From assembly GCA_965369865.1 (NCBI GenBank), contig CBDURU010000015.1:1-49558 (forward strand): a DNA stretch of 49,558 nt, given 5' to 3'. The DNA comes from an uncultured bacterium. Its GTDB lineage: Bacteria > JAJVIF01 > JAPKYR01. This document shows positions 27,651 to 37,967 of this stretch, in pieces. The notes under the pieces were generated by a model. The model worked only from the letters and a program-made list of their open reading frames with translations, searched no databases and was not told the DNA's origin. The stretch's first letter is position 1; each line of letters opens with the position of its first letter. A program made the position numbers and the translations under genes.

Positions 27651-28724
27651 ATGCCAGGAGCTAAACATTCAAAGCCTAACATTTACCAGATGTTGCTGAT
27701 GCTTATCATTGCCTGTCTGATTATCGGCATCGCTTTGCCCGCACGATCAGACACGGTCGATGAAACCTGGAGTCTCCGCGATATTGTGCGCACCCTGGAG
27801 CCGTCAGTTGTATGGGTGATGGCTGATAAGGGCAGGGATAACTGGATGCAGGGGTCGGGTTTTGTCGTTCATGAGTCGGGTTGTATCATTACAAATGCTC
27901 ATGTCGTCGATGGCGCCAGGGATATAATTGTCGGCTGGCCTGACCGTTTCAATCGCTCTGAAAAAATAGCGGAAATTCTCGCGATTGACACCAATCTCGA
28001 CCTGGCATTACTTAAAATCGAAGGCGGTCACCTTCCCGTGCTTCCCATCATGTCATCGTCGGAAGCCGGACTCGGGGATGCGGTTATTACCCTTGGATAT
28101 CCTGTGGGCGATGAGCTCGGTCTTGGCGGGCTGACAGTAACCCGCGGGATTCTCTCGAGCCTCCGACGGGTATCGCCGGATGACGATGTGCAACTGTTAC
28201 AAACTGATGCCGCTATTACACTCGGGTGTTCCGGCGGACCATTATACGATCTCGATACAGGGTCGGTGATAGGTATTATCCAGGGGAAGGGAATGATGCT
28301 CCTCGAGGGTTTCAATTTCGCTATCCCCTCGGATAAGCTGCTTGAATTTGCCGATACTTATCCGGGAGATGAAATAATGGAGGCCATCGCTAGTCTTGCG
28401 GGGCTTTATGAACCCGATATTTCGATTCCCTGCGACAGGTCGCTCGATGTATGGACGCTTGCCGACGCCGCGCGCGACAGCAACTCCTGGAGTGAGGCGC
28501 TGGGGAATTTTCTCGCGGCGGAGCGGCTGGACGATGAGGATCCGATGACCGCGTACGGCATAGCCGAATCATACGCGGCTCTCGACCGTCCTACACCCGC
28601 GCTGCAATGGCTGGAACGCGCGTTTGAGTTAGGCTTCTGCGATTTCGACGGCGCACTGGAATCGGATGGATTTGACAGTTTCGAGGACGACTCCCGTTTC
28701 GTGGATCTGGTGCAGTCGTTCTGA
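27651..28724 (+). CDS. Secreted trypsin-like serine protease (S1C/HtrA-like, no PDZ) with C-terminal TPR-like domain
   Basis: GSGF, TNAHVV, DLALLK, QTDAAI..GCSGGPL; A.QWLERA.ELGF tail. Confidence 0.88.
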   Translation: MPGAKHSKPNIYQMLLMLIIACLIIGIALPARSDTVDETWSLRDIVRTLEPSVVWVMADKGRDNWMQGSGFVVHESGCIITNAHVVDGARDIIVGWPDRFNRSEKIAEILAIDTNLDLALLKIEGGHLPVLPIMSSSEAGLGDAVITLGYPVGDELGLGGLTVTRGILSSLRRVSPDDDVQLLQTDAAITLGCSGGPLYDLDTGSVIGIIQGKGMMLLEGFNFAIPSDKLLEFADTYPGDEIMEAIASLAGLYEPDISIPCDRSLDVWTLADAARDSNSWSEALGNFLAAERLDDEDPMTAYGIAESYAALDRPTPALQWLERAFELGFCDFDGALESDGFDSFEDDSRFVDLVQSF

Positions 28725-28953
28725 GATTTCAAATTCTCCGAATGGAGTAAGCGGCGAAAAAAAGTGGGATTCATTTAAAAGTGATGGAAGTTTGTTGAGG
28801 GGGCTAATTAAAAAACGTTTTACAGTGTTAATCCAGTACGCGTCTCTCTTCTTCCCCCATATAGGGAACCGGATGCCCGGCGTTAAACCCGGGCATCCGC
28901 TGTATTATCTAATTGTAAACCTGGGGTGAATGACCGGGTTTCAGCTACCCGAA

Positions 28954-31900
28954 TCACCAGAGATCGTAAACTTCAATGCCGTAAAGGGTTCCTACAAATA
29001 GTGAATCGCCTTTTACTACCGTATCGCGTGCACCAGATGACGTGTACGTCGTATTGATTACATAGGTGTTTTCTGGAGATGAAATATCAATAATATTGAA
29101 GCCTTCCCCACGTGTGATATAGCCATAGTTATTCGAAATCATAAAACTCGTTACTACAGTCCCTATGTCAGGCAATTGAATCGAATGGATCGGTATTGGT
29201 TCTGTGGGGACGCTAATATCAAAAACAAGCAAGACCAATGGTTCATTGTAAGCACGCTCTTCTACAACGTACGCGAATGAACCCTGTAGCTCAATGAGCG
29301 CATAGCCTTTTAAGCCATTACCATACTGGACCGAATTCACCAGGCTGATATCTTCCGGTGGGTCAACATCAAAGATGAGCAGTTCTCCATCTGCTGTTCC
29401 ATATGCATAGCCATTCGAAAATGCCAAATCGATAGGATTTTCCTCTAGATAGATGGCTTTCACTTCATATGCCGATTCCGGCGGGTCAATATCAATGATC
29501 GACAAATCACCATCAGGTGTTTTAGCGTAGGCATAACCACCCGAAATTCCACGCACTCTCATCCCGTCAAAAGTGATAATGTTAAATGGTTCTTCAGGAT
29601 TAGAAATATCGATTATATGGAAGAAATCAAATGGCTTTCCGGGTATTTTGTAACGTGATACATAGAGATAATTACCTTCATGAATAAGTATTTTTATATA
29701 CCCATCAAGCGGGAGTTCCCCAAGTTTGTAAGCGTTTTCAAGAGGTTCAATGTCGTATATTTCAATCCCGGATGATGAGCCTAGGTATAAGTATTCACCC
29801 CACTGGTCAATCGAGTAAACCCCGTCAGGGAATTCCAATTCAGCCGTAATGAATGCGGATTCCGGGGGATCGGTGTCCCAGATTACTATATATGGCCTGT
29901 AAACAACACACCCAAGCCCATTTTGCCCGCTTACAGCACCCATGAACGGGCTGAATTCATTCACCAGGTGAAGGTTCACAAGTGGATCGGTATCGAACAA
30001 TTGGAGACTACCAGGATAGGGAGATTCAGTAATCCCGATAATCCCGGCAGGATCAACCCACCAATCTTTACTATAAATTGACAGGGGGTAAGTATTAATC
30101 AAACCATCTGGTTCAAGATTCGGATCCCAGATATTTATTTCAGAACTGTTTAACATCACTAAATGATCATCGTAGTTCTCTATTTGAGAACCATGTACGA
30201 AAAATGAATTATCTTCGAAAGGACTTTCAGGATTAGAAATATTATATTTGTGGAGCTTATGGCTACCTCCGCCTACCTCGCTTAAATATGCGAAGTCTCC
30301 AACAAATGCAATGCTGTTTGCTATATTATCCTCGTAATGCCAATTATATGGAAAGTAATCATATACCAAATGCTGGCCCATTTCATATTCAGCTACCACA
30401 TAAGGGCTTTCCGGGTTAATAGCGTTAAAAATTGAGAAATATTTATAACGGCCCACATATATATAGCCGTCCTTAACTTCAATGTCCCTGATTAATCTAT
30501 CAAAGGTCAGAGTTTGTACAAGATTCATCTGGGACGGTGGATCCACATCGATAATAAATAAATCAGAACTAGGACCATATTCCCGTGAAACCACATAAGC
30601 ATAACCATCAGAAGCGGTTAAAACTGAGTCTATTCCGGGTAAATCGATACTGCCTAAGCCTGATGGGTTATAAGGATCTGAAATATCGATCAAGTGAAGG
30701 CTTGGCGGGTTTGCCGTAACATACAGCATATTACCGTCCATATAGACACCTTCCGGCCTCAGGTTCATCCAGTCCGGTGTTATGTATGTTGGGTCTGTGG
30801 GCGCGTTCGGGCCTGTAATGGGTACTCCAAGGGGAATATCCAGCTCATCCGTGTCACCTTCATCGTCCGTTACTCTTAATTGCACCTCGTAGTAGCCATT
30901 TGCGGACCAGGTGTGCCAGACTTCCGGTCCTGTTTCATCATAGACACCATCATTATCCCAGTCCCACTCATAATATGTGATCTCGCCGCCATCCATGTCC
31001 AGTGAGTCGGTCCCCCAGAAATGTACAGGCTGGTTTATTGTCTGCGGGATAGGTTCACCATGAGCTATCGCTATCGGTTTTCCGGAAACCCTTACAAGAG
31101 TCACCTGATATGATTTCATGTCGATCCATGGAAAATTCGGGTTGTAATCGTGATCCTGAACTGAAATCAGGCAGTTATAGTAGCCGCCACCAGTAAGATT
31201 CTCGTTGTGTAAAGCAACATGGAATCGGGCAAAGTCATCGGTCTCTGAAATAAATCCAGCTATTTTTTCTCCATCGAAAAGCTCGGAACATTCAACAACA
31301 GGCAAATCATGTGTTTCTTTTCCACCCCAGTCATATACATCAATCTGCAGCCACAATATCCCGCCTTCATCGGAAAGGCCTTCACCGAATTCTATAATAT
31401 CGATTTTCCATGGTTCAGGGGAACTGGCATTCAATCCGAAATCTTCCATCGGATCGTCGACCGGTGTTTCAATCGGCTCCGCCCAGGACACATCGACCGC
31501 ATATCCGAATACAAATTCATTCGTTGGATACTTCAGCGAATAGGTCCGTATAACTGAATCCCCTGCAAACAGCGCGTTACGAGTATTCGCTGGATCATCC
31601 GATATGTGCCTGATATACCCATTGACCAGGCTATCCGGCATATGTACTGTTGCATAATTCCCTTGGAAATATTTCCGGATGTCTGGTGCTTCGACACCTA
31701 ACGACCACGTATTATAAAGTGATGTGTATCCGTCGGGATTAAGAAATGTACCATCTCCGAGCCATGGAACCGATATTGTCAGTCCGGATGATGAGAATGT
31801 GTGACTCCCATCGAACATCATGATTCCCCGCACATCAAAAATCGTATAGAGCGGATCGTCATACGGGTGAGTAATTTTAAAATCAACATTAATAATTCCC

Positions 31901-32250
31901 GGTTCAGGATAACTGAACCCGACGATCTCAAAACAGTCCGTACACGGGCTGACCTCGAGGAACTTCAGAATATTCAGGTGGAAAAAACCTTCCCGAAGCG
32001 GCACGATCTCATACTCGACATTCTCCGGGTCGGTGACGTTCATATAGATCAGATTATGAAAAAGTGGAAAGTGACTGCCCTTGTACTCCGAAACTTCCCT
32101 GCCAGCGGTCAGTTCAGGCATCAACACCTGATCTCCTGATTCACTCACCGTATCCGGGGCACTGGGATTGCCTTTACCCGAGCAACCCGTGATCAGGAAT
32201 AGAATAAAACCTGCGTAAAGCAAAAAGCGTGTAATATATGCCATCTCCAC
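28954..32250 (-). CDS. Large lipoprotein: conserved N-terminal domain + PKD + LVIVD-repeat beta-propeller
   Basis: Lipobox ITGC; HLNILKFLE..PCTDCF; YEWDWDNDG; repeated IIDIS.PE.P and GYAY motifs. Confidence 0.85.
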   Translation of the reverse strand: MEMAYITRFLLYAGFILFLITGCSGKGNPSAPDTVSESGDQVLMPELTAGREVSEYKGSHFPLFHNLIYMNVTDPENVEYEIVPLREGFFHLNILKFLEVSPCTDCFEIVGFSYPEPGIINVDFKITHPYDDPLYTIFDVRGIMMFDGSHTFSSSGLTISVPWLGDGTFLNPDGYTSLYNTWSLGVEAPDIRKYFQGNYATVHMPDSLVNGYIRHISDDPANTRNALFAGDSVIRTYSLKYPTNEFVFGYAVDVSWAEPIETPVDDPMEDFGLNASSPEPWKIDIIEFGEGLSDEGGILWLQIDVYDWGGKETHDLPVVECSELFDGEKIAGFISETDDFARFHVALHNENLTGGGYYNCLISVQDHDYNPNFPWIDMKSYQVTLVRVSGKPIAIAHGEPIPQTINQPVHFWGTDSLDMDGGEITYYEWDWDNDGVYDETGPEVWHTWSANGYYEVQLRVTDDEGDTDELDIPLGVPITGPNAPTDPTYITPDWMNLRPEGVYMDGNMLYVTANPPSLHLIDISDPYNPSGLGSIDLPGIDSVLTASDGYAYVVSREYGPSSDLFIIDVDPPSQMNLVQTLTFDRLIRDIEVKDGYIYVGRYKYFSIFNAINPESPYVVAEYEMGQHLVYDYFPYNWHYEDNIANSIAFVGDFAYLSEVGGGSHKLHKYNISNPESPFEDNSFFVHGSQIENYDDHLVMLNSSEINIWDPNLEPDGLINTYPLSIYSKDWWVDPAGIIGITESPYPGSLQLFDTDPLVNLHLVNEFSPFMGAVSGQNGLGCVVYRPYIVIWDTDPPESAFITAELEFPDGVYSIDQWGEYLYLGSSSGIEIYDIEPLENAYKLGELPLDGYIKILIHEGNYLYVSRYKIPGKPFDFFHIIDISNPEEPFNIITFDGMRVRGISGGYAYAKTPDGDLSIIDIDPPESAYEVKAIYLEENPIDLAFSNGYAYGTADGELLIFDVDPPEDISLVNSVQYGNGLKGYALIELQGSFAYVVEERAYNEPLVLLVFDISVPTEPIPIHSIQLPDIGTVVTSFMISNNYGYITRGEGFNIIDISSPENTYVINTTYTSSGARDTVVKGDSLFVGTLYGIEVYDLW

Positions 32251-32474
32251 ACCTTTGTGAGTGTAGCCTGTTGACTGGATATATTATACCACATGTATAT
32301 GATAGAAATTAGGCAGAGATTGAAAAATTACGAACCACGGGACATGGTCGGCACCGAGGAAGGGATAAGTAAATAAAATCCCCCGGTCATATTCTGGTGA
32401 GGGGATATTATTTAAAAAACTCCCTGACGTACTGTATTCAGGCGTCAACACAAATTCTCGGGCACCGCTGGCAA

Positions 32475-32550
32475 GCTGAGTGAGACCCCCAGGCCTTGAA
32501 AATTTCCAGATCGTCCGTGCTTGTCGACGTAAATTAATGCCAGATATGCC
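32475..32550. repeat. Dispersed, diverged single copy of the 9.1-9.4 kb repeat unit
   Basis: Shares GCTGAGTGAGAC, GCCT.GAAAAT.TCC, CGTGCTTGTCGACGTA.AT.AATGC..GATAT with the third tandem unit. Confidence 0.75.
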
Positions 32551-32642
32551 CAATCAATTTTTGTTTATTGGAATTAGGCTCTCATGCCGCGTACTTGACA
32601 CACCGCCATTTTTCTTCGACCATGTGTCCCTGACAGACCATT

Positions 32643-34721
32643 ATGAATTTCACACAGAAAATTTCTGAAACGTCGCCCGATGAGATCCCTTCGAAATTCC
32701 TCCAGTGGGGGATACGAAAAATCGGGGGGTTATTCGAGGAACTCTACACCAAATCCGGCGGGCTCGAGGTTAAACCGAGCGAACTTCCCGGACTCGTGAA
32801 AGGCGACCCGCTTACACCCGCAGAAGCCGCATACAATATCCTTCACGGTTTTGTCGAGTCATCCTGGATCGATGACAATGTAATTGAGCTTGCGAAAAGG
32901 ATTTTTCCTGAGAAGATAAAAATTCTGGTTGAAAACGCCGACAAACTGGTCGAGAAACAATTTACTATTTTTGGGCAGGACCTCGATTACTCATCGGGGA
33001 TCAGATGGCATTACGATCCTGAGAACGATCACGAATTCGATCCGAGTGAATTACCCAAAAGACTCAAGCAATCGGATCCCCTGGGGGGGTTTGACATAAA
33101 ATACCCGTGGGAACTCAGTCGGCTCCAGCATTTTCCACGGCTTTCACTGGCCTACCGAATTACCGGCCGGAAAAAATATCTCGATGCATTAAAGGACCAG
33201 ACCGAGGATTGGATTCGCTTCAACCCCGTTGGGTTCGGTCCGAACTGGGCATGCACGATGGATATCAGCATACGTGCTGCGAACATGGCATACGCGTACG
33301 CGATTCTCGGAGACGTTCAACATGATGAACCGTTCGCGGTTGAACTCACAAGGAACCTGGTGGCGCACGGACGTTTTATCGCGAACCACCTGGAATGGTC
33401 CGAGGAGCTGACAGGCAACCATTACACCGCCGATCTCGCCGGCCTTTCGGTGCTTGGGTCGATTCTCGCACCGAGTGTTTACGAGGCAGAGGACTGGATC
33501 GATTTCGCCCGGGATGAGCTTGCAATGGAAATTAAAAAGCAAATCTACCCGGATGGCTGGGATTTCGAAGCATCGACCACGTACCATCGCCTTGTGCTTG
33601 AATGTTTTCTGATCGCGGCGATTTTTCTGGACCGCGCAGGAAAGAGGATGGAAAAGGATTATCAAAACTGCCTGTGCCGGATGGGGAAGTTTGTCAGGGA
33701 TATCACCATGCCGGATGGATCGTTCCCCTTGATCGGCGACAACGATTCAGGCTTATTCATGTCGCTGCAGCCAGCGGACCTTTCGAACCTGAATTACATC
33801 ATGGCTCTCGCTGCTGCGGTTACGGGTGATTCTTCGCTCAAACCCCTGGATCATGCCGAGTTACAGGTTCCTGAAATTATCTGGCTTGCGGGTGAAGCGG
33901 GTTGGGTAAGCTGGGGTGAGATGAGGCCGGCTGAGCGACCGAGTACCGCTTTATATCCTGACGGGGGATTATTCATACTGCGTTCATCCGGGCATTTCGA
34001 CATGCTCACATTTCGCCTCGGACCTGTAGGCCAGAAAGGCAACGGCGGGCATGCCCACAACGACCAGCTTTCCGTTACCATGTGGTTCGATTCCAGGCAA
34101 ATTGTTGTCGATCCCGGTACAGCCTGTTATACATCCGATCCTGTAAAACGTAATTTCTACCGCTCAACCAATAACCACGCGACAATATCAATCGACGGTG
34201 AAGAGCAGAGCCGGTTTGATGACCTGGACCTGTTTACACTGCACCAGGATGTCGAGACCAGGTTCCGGGCACTCGATACATACGACGACCATTCGCAGGT
34301 GGCTGGATCGATCCGGGGCTATGGGAAATGGGATGCCGATGAAATTAAATTCAGGCGGATTATCCGTCATGATGAAACCCACAGACAGTTTGAAATCCTG
34401 GACAAGATTGAAATTTCAGAAAATGCCAGGAATGAAATATACGGGAAGTTGATGTGGAATTTCCCTCTTGCAGCCGGACTGACAGCAGACAGCAGGGGAT
34501 CGGGATATGTAAAAATCCTGGATCCCGATGGAAACATGGTAGCGGAGGTTTTATACAATCCGGGCTGGACCCTGGAAATAGCACCGACATTTTTTGCCCC
34601 TCAGTACGGTGTTGAAGAAGATAACGTAACATTGCGATTCAGACCCCCGGGAAATATTCTGGTGTCGCATTTCATATTCCGCGGAACTCCGAAGGTAAGG
34701 GAACGATCGATCCCGAAATGA
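32643..34721 (+). CDS. Heparinase II/III family protein (surface polysaccharide locus type)
   Basis: DIKYPWELSRLQH, GNHY.ADL.GL, E.ST.YH, IGDNDSG, GGHAHND, DPGT..Y. Confidence 0.9.
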   Translation: MNFTQKISETSPDEIPSKFLQWGIRKIGGLFEELYTKSGGLEVKPSELPGLVKGDPLTPAEAAYNILHGFVESSWIDDNVIELAKRIFPEKIKILVENADKLVEKQFTIFGQDLDYSSGIRWHYDPENDHEFDPSELPKRLKQSDPLGGFDIKYPWELSRLQHFPRLSLAYRITGRKKYLDALKDQTEDWIRFNPVGFGPNWACTMDISIRAANMAYAYAILGDVQHDEPFAVELTRNLVAHGRFIANHLEWSEELTGNHYTADLAGLSVLGSILAPSVYEAEDWIDFARDELAMEIKKQIYPDGWDFEASTTYHRLVLECFLIAAIFLDRAGKRMEKDYQNCLCRMGKFVRDITMPDGSFPLIGDNDSGLFMSLQPADLSNLNYIMALAAAVTGDSSLKPLDHAELQVPEIIWLAGEAGWVSWGEMRPAERPSTALYPDGGLFILRSSGHFDMLTFRLGPVGQKGNGGHAHNDQLSVTMWFDSRQIVVDPGTACYTSDPVKRNFYRSTNNHATISIDGEEQSRFDDLDLFTLHQDVETRFRALDTYDDHSQVAGSIRGYGKWDADEIKFRRIIRHDETHRQFEILDKIEISENARNEIYGKLMWNFPLAAGLTADSRGSGYVKILDPDGNMVAEVLYNPGWTLEIAPTFFAPQYGVEEDNVTLRFRPPGNILVSHFIFRGTPKVRERSIPK

Positions 34722-35866
34722 AATTAATCATCGCCGAATACCATCCCTGGGACACGAAGTTCCGAATCGGAGATCATCATTATGCCCGTGAATTCCTGAA
34801 TGACGGTTGGGAAGTTCTCTGGATAAGCCATCCCGTAAGTTTCGCGCATGGGGTCAAACCCGAAAACCGTACACGAATCGAGCGCGCGAGGTCCGGACCG
34901 TACAGGCATAAGGACGGGCCGATCGAACTGGTCCCTTATACCAATCTGCCCTGGCTCAACAAACCGATTTTGTCGTCCTTATGGGTCCTGGAAAATACAC
35001 TGCGTCTCTGCAGGCCCCCATTGAAATCAACCCTTGAGAAAATCGGTTTCGATAAACCGGACCTTCTATGGATCACGGACACATCCATGCACACGATTGC
35101 CGATCTTGTCGACGCTAAAGCTGTTGCGGTCCGGATAGCGGATGACAACACGGAATTCAGGAATATGCCGGAATCGCTCAGGATTGTCGAAGAGAACCTG
35201 GCAAACCGTGCCGATTTCCTGTTTGTAACATCCGCACCTCTGTTCGAACGCCTGGAGGTAAAATTTGGCTCGAAATTACATCTCCTGCGGAATGGTGTTA
35301 ATTTCGACTATTTCCAGGGAACGTTCGACCGTCCCACTGACTTCAAGGATATCGATGGCCCCATTGTTTTTTATGTGGGGGCCATTGAAGAATGGTTCAA
35401 TTCAGAATGGGTGAAGAACCTGGCTGAAAAAAGAAAGGATATCACGATTTTTCTGGTCGGCAGGGTAGGCACCGATCTTTCAAATTTGAAGGACCTTCAA
35501 AATGTGAAGATTACCGGGCTGAGACCGTATGAAAGCCTGCCCGGCTACATGGCTCATTCAAATGCGGGGATTATTCCATTCAAACGAACGCGGCTTGTGG
35601 AGAGTGTCTCGCCGTTGAAACTGTTCGAGTTCCTGGCGTCGGGACTGCCCGTGGTATCGACATCGTGGATGGAACTCGAGCACCTTGGGAGTCCGGCGCT
35701 GCTCGCAAATAGAGCCGACGAATTTGTTGAGATGGTTTCAAAAGTAATAGACGAGGACTGGAAATCTAATCGGGGTGATAAGTTTAGGGATTACGCCAGG
35801 TCACATTCCTGGAAGGTAAGATATGATACAGCAATGGAGGTTATCAGTGGCCTTCACAGGAAATAA
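34718..35866 (+). CDS. Glycosyltransferase family 4 (TuaH-like)
   Basis: NGV...F, YVGAI..W, SPLKLFEFLASGLPVVST, HSW..R; ATGA overlap. Confidence 0.88.
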   Translation: MKLIIAEYHPWDTKFRIGDHHYAREFLNDGWEVLWISHPVSFAHGVKPENRTRIERARSGPYRHKDGPIELVPYTNLPWLNKPILSSLWVLENTLRLCRPPLKSTLEKIGFDKPDLLWITDTSMHTIADLVDAKAVAVRIADDNTEFRNMPESLRIVEENLANRADFLFVTSAPLFERLEVKFGSKLHLLRNGVNFDYFQGTFDRPTDFKDIDGPIVFYVGAIEEWFNSEWVKNLAEKRKDITIFLVGRVGTDLSNLKDLQNVKITGLRPYESLPGYMAHSNAGIIPFKRTRLVESVSPLKLFEFLASGLPVVSTSWMELEHLGSPALLANRADEFVEMVSKVIDEDWKSNRGDKFRDYARSHSWKVRYDTAMEVISGLHRK

Positions 35867-35870
35867 CAAC

Positions 35871-37529
35871 ATGGTTCGATTGAAATTTTTACCATCAGTA
35901 ATCCTGCTGCTTTTTCTGTTCCCGATGATTTCATGCTTCGATACGTCCGATTTTGAGAATGGTTCAGAACCCGAGTCCGAAGAAGGGAGAGTTTACCTCG
36001 AAAATAAATCCCTTTCATCGACCAGCATCCTGGCAAGTCGATTCGAAAACGGGATGCCGGAAGTTATTACCCGGTTTGAATTCAGTGAGGATGAAATTGC
36101 AAGGGTAGAGGCCATATTGAGAGTCGGCATCGAGTCTGGAATGGGAATGGTAGTCCGGTTCAGGGAAATTGATGTCCAGTTAAATTATATTATTCCGGAA
36201 AATGAGAACGAACTCCTGGCTTTGTTTAATTCGCTGTTTAATTATGCCGGGGTTGCTGACCATGCGGATCCCGGCGAAGTACGTCACGCTGTTCTTCTCA
36301 GTGGCGACATCGTCTATGAAATTATCAGTGCTGATTTTTATGCCGGCGAAGCTGTCAGGGACACCATTGAAGTAGATGCTCTCCAGGAAATCAAGCTGAC
36401 CGCTTTTAATGTTGGGAATGAAGCGAATTTGCTCGCTGACAGGGTAATAACCGGGCAGGACCTGGTTTTTGAATCGGAGCGGATCGGTTTTAAACTTGAA
36501 TCGGCGGTTGAGCAGCAGGTTGAGTTAATGAACGGCGAATTACTCTCGGTTTATTTTTATGAGCCATCGGACACAATTTCTATCCTCGATGCCGCTGGGA
36601 AACTGGAGGAATATAAAGGATCGGGAGAGGGTATTTTCATTATCGATAATAATCTATTGCTCGTTGAGACTGATGACATCGAAGCAGCCGAATCTGTATT
36701 CCGCCTGGTCGCGATCCCACCTCCGACTCTCTACGGATTAAACCGATTCAAAGTCCGGTTAAAAGTTATGAATTTAATTCCTTTTGAGCCGGATTCATCG
36801 TCCATTTCAATAAGTCCACCGGCTCCTTATGCCAGTAACACTTATCCACTATTCACTAACTGGGGCCGGACTCACATCGAGACCGATTCAGAAGATGAAA
36901 TTGAAATGATCGATGATTCACTCGCAATCGCGGGAATGGACCTATTTAATAGATATTCCGGTTTTGGAACGGAAATCACCATGACTGTCCCGACAGGCGG
37001 ATTGATTAACGAAAGCCCTGAAGAGCCGCTCCCATATTTAGAACCGACAACATTCTGGCCATCCGGCAGCACACTCGCTAAGGCTACCCTTGACGAAGCA
37101 TTCCAGGATAGGGAAGGCGACAGCACGAGAGAACAGGTGGAGGCGATAATGAACTGGGTGATGGAGAATGTTTCGGAACCGGATGATGCCACCGATCCCA
37201 ATTCAAGGTCCCGGCTTTACTTACCGATCGGCAGTTTCGAGGATCTCCTGGAAAATGCCGGGTACAGCGTCTGGGGGAGATCGGATGTTTTTATAACCCT
37301 TTCACGGTCCGCGGGTTTACGAACACGGCAGGTTGCGGGACATGTTTTCAGCGATGAACTGCTTGTCTGGAGCCAGGTATGGGCACCGGAAGAAAATACC
37401 TGGCTTGATGTCGATACTCATTACGGCCAGGTTGGTGTGGACAGCCTGCATATTCCGATTTGGGGAACCCGGACCGGGGAAATATATTTTAACTACATGG
37501 CGGATCCGAAAATCCAAAGATTGTACTAA
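35871..37529 (+). CDS. Lipoprotein with C-terminal transglutaminase-like domain (catalytic residues apparently lost)
   Basis: Lipobox MISC; F..L.R..G..TR.V.G....W..V......W..VD pattern. Confidence 0.65.
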   Translation: MVRLKFLPSVILLLFLFPMISCFDTSDFENGSEPESEEGRVYLENKSLSSTSILASRFENGMPEVITRFEFSEDEIARVEAILRVGIESGMGMVVRFREIDVQLNYIIPENENELLALFNSLFNYAGVADHADPGEVRHAVLLSGDIVYEIISADFYAGEAVRDTIEVDALQEIKLTAFNVGNEANLLADRVITGQDLVFESERIGFKLESAVEQQVELMNGELLSVYFYEPSDTISILDAAGKLEEYKGSGEGIFIIDNNLLLVETDDIEAAESVFRLVAIPPPTLYGLNRFKVRLKVMNLIPFEPDSSSISISPPAPYASNTYPLFTNWGRTHIETDSEDEIEMIDDSLAIAGMDLFNRYSGFGTEITMTVPTGGLINESPEEPLPYLEPTTFWPSGSTLAKATLDEAFQDREGDSTREQVEAIMNWVMENVSEPDDATDPNSRSRLYLPIGSFEDLLENAGYSVWGRSDVFITLSRSAGLRTRQVAGHVFSDELLVWSQVWAPEENTWLDVDTHYGQVGVDSLHIPIWGTRTGEIYFNYMADPKIQRLY

Positions 37530-37545
37530 TCGGTATCGGCCTTAT

Positions 37546-37806
37546 TTAATCTGCCATCGGTGAATTAGCATCCGACCAATCCTCAGCCTCGTTTTCGGGT
37601 TTCGGCCTTGTTCGGACCGAATCTGAGTCCTTCTTAAACGACCGTGCGATGGAATCGGAAAGGTTGGTGGTTCTGTAAACCACACCCATTCCGGGAGGAG
37701 GACTGGTAAAGAGCTCGATTGCAGCCTCAACCAATCCCCAGCCGATAATCCCGAAAACCATTAGTCCAAAAAAACCAAATATAATATGCCCGCATAATTC
37801 CAGCAT
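37546..37806 (-). CDS. Small single-TM hypothetical protein
   Basis: Hydrophobic N-terminal helix, GGGGA RBS, TATAAT upstream. Confidence 0.55.
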   Translation of the reverse strand: MLELCGHIIFGFFGLMVFGIIGWGLVEAAIELFTSPPPGMGVVYRTTNLSDSIARSFKKDSDSVRTRPKPENEAEDWSDANSPMAD

Positions 37807-37967
37807 TTTTTATCCCCGATTTCCCGAATCCTTGCACTTCCGAATGGTTTTACATATTTTCCCTGTTTCAATTATACACGCAAAAAATTGTATATCATAA
37901 TTCTTGTCTTGACACTCCAAAAAAGCTCTAGTACGCTTCTCATTAGGTAACAAATGGAGACAAGCAA

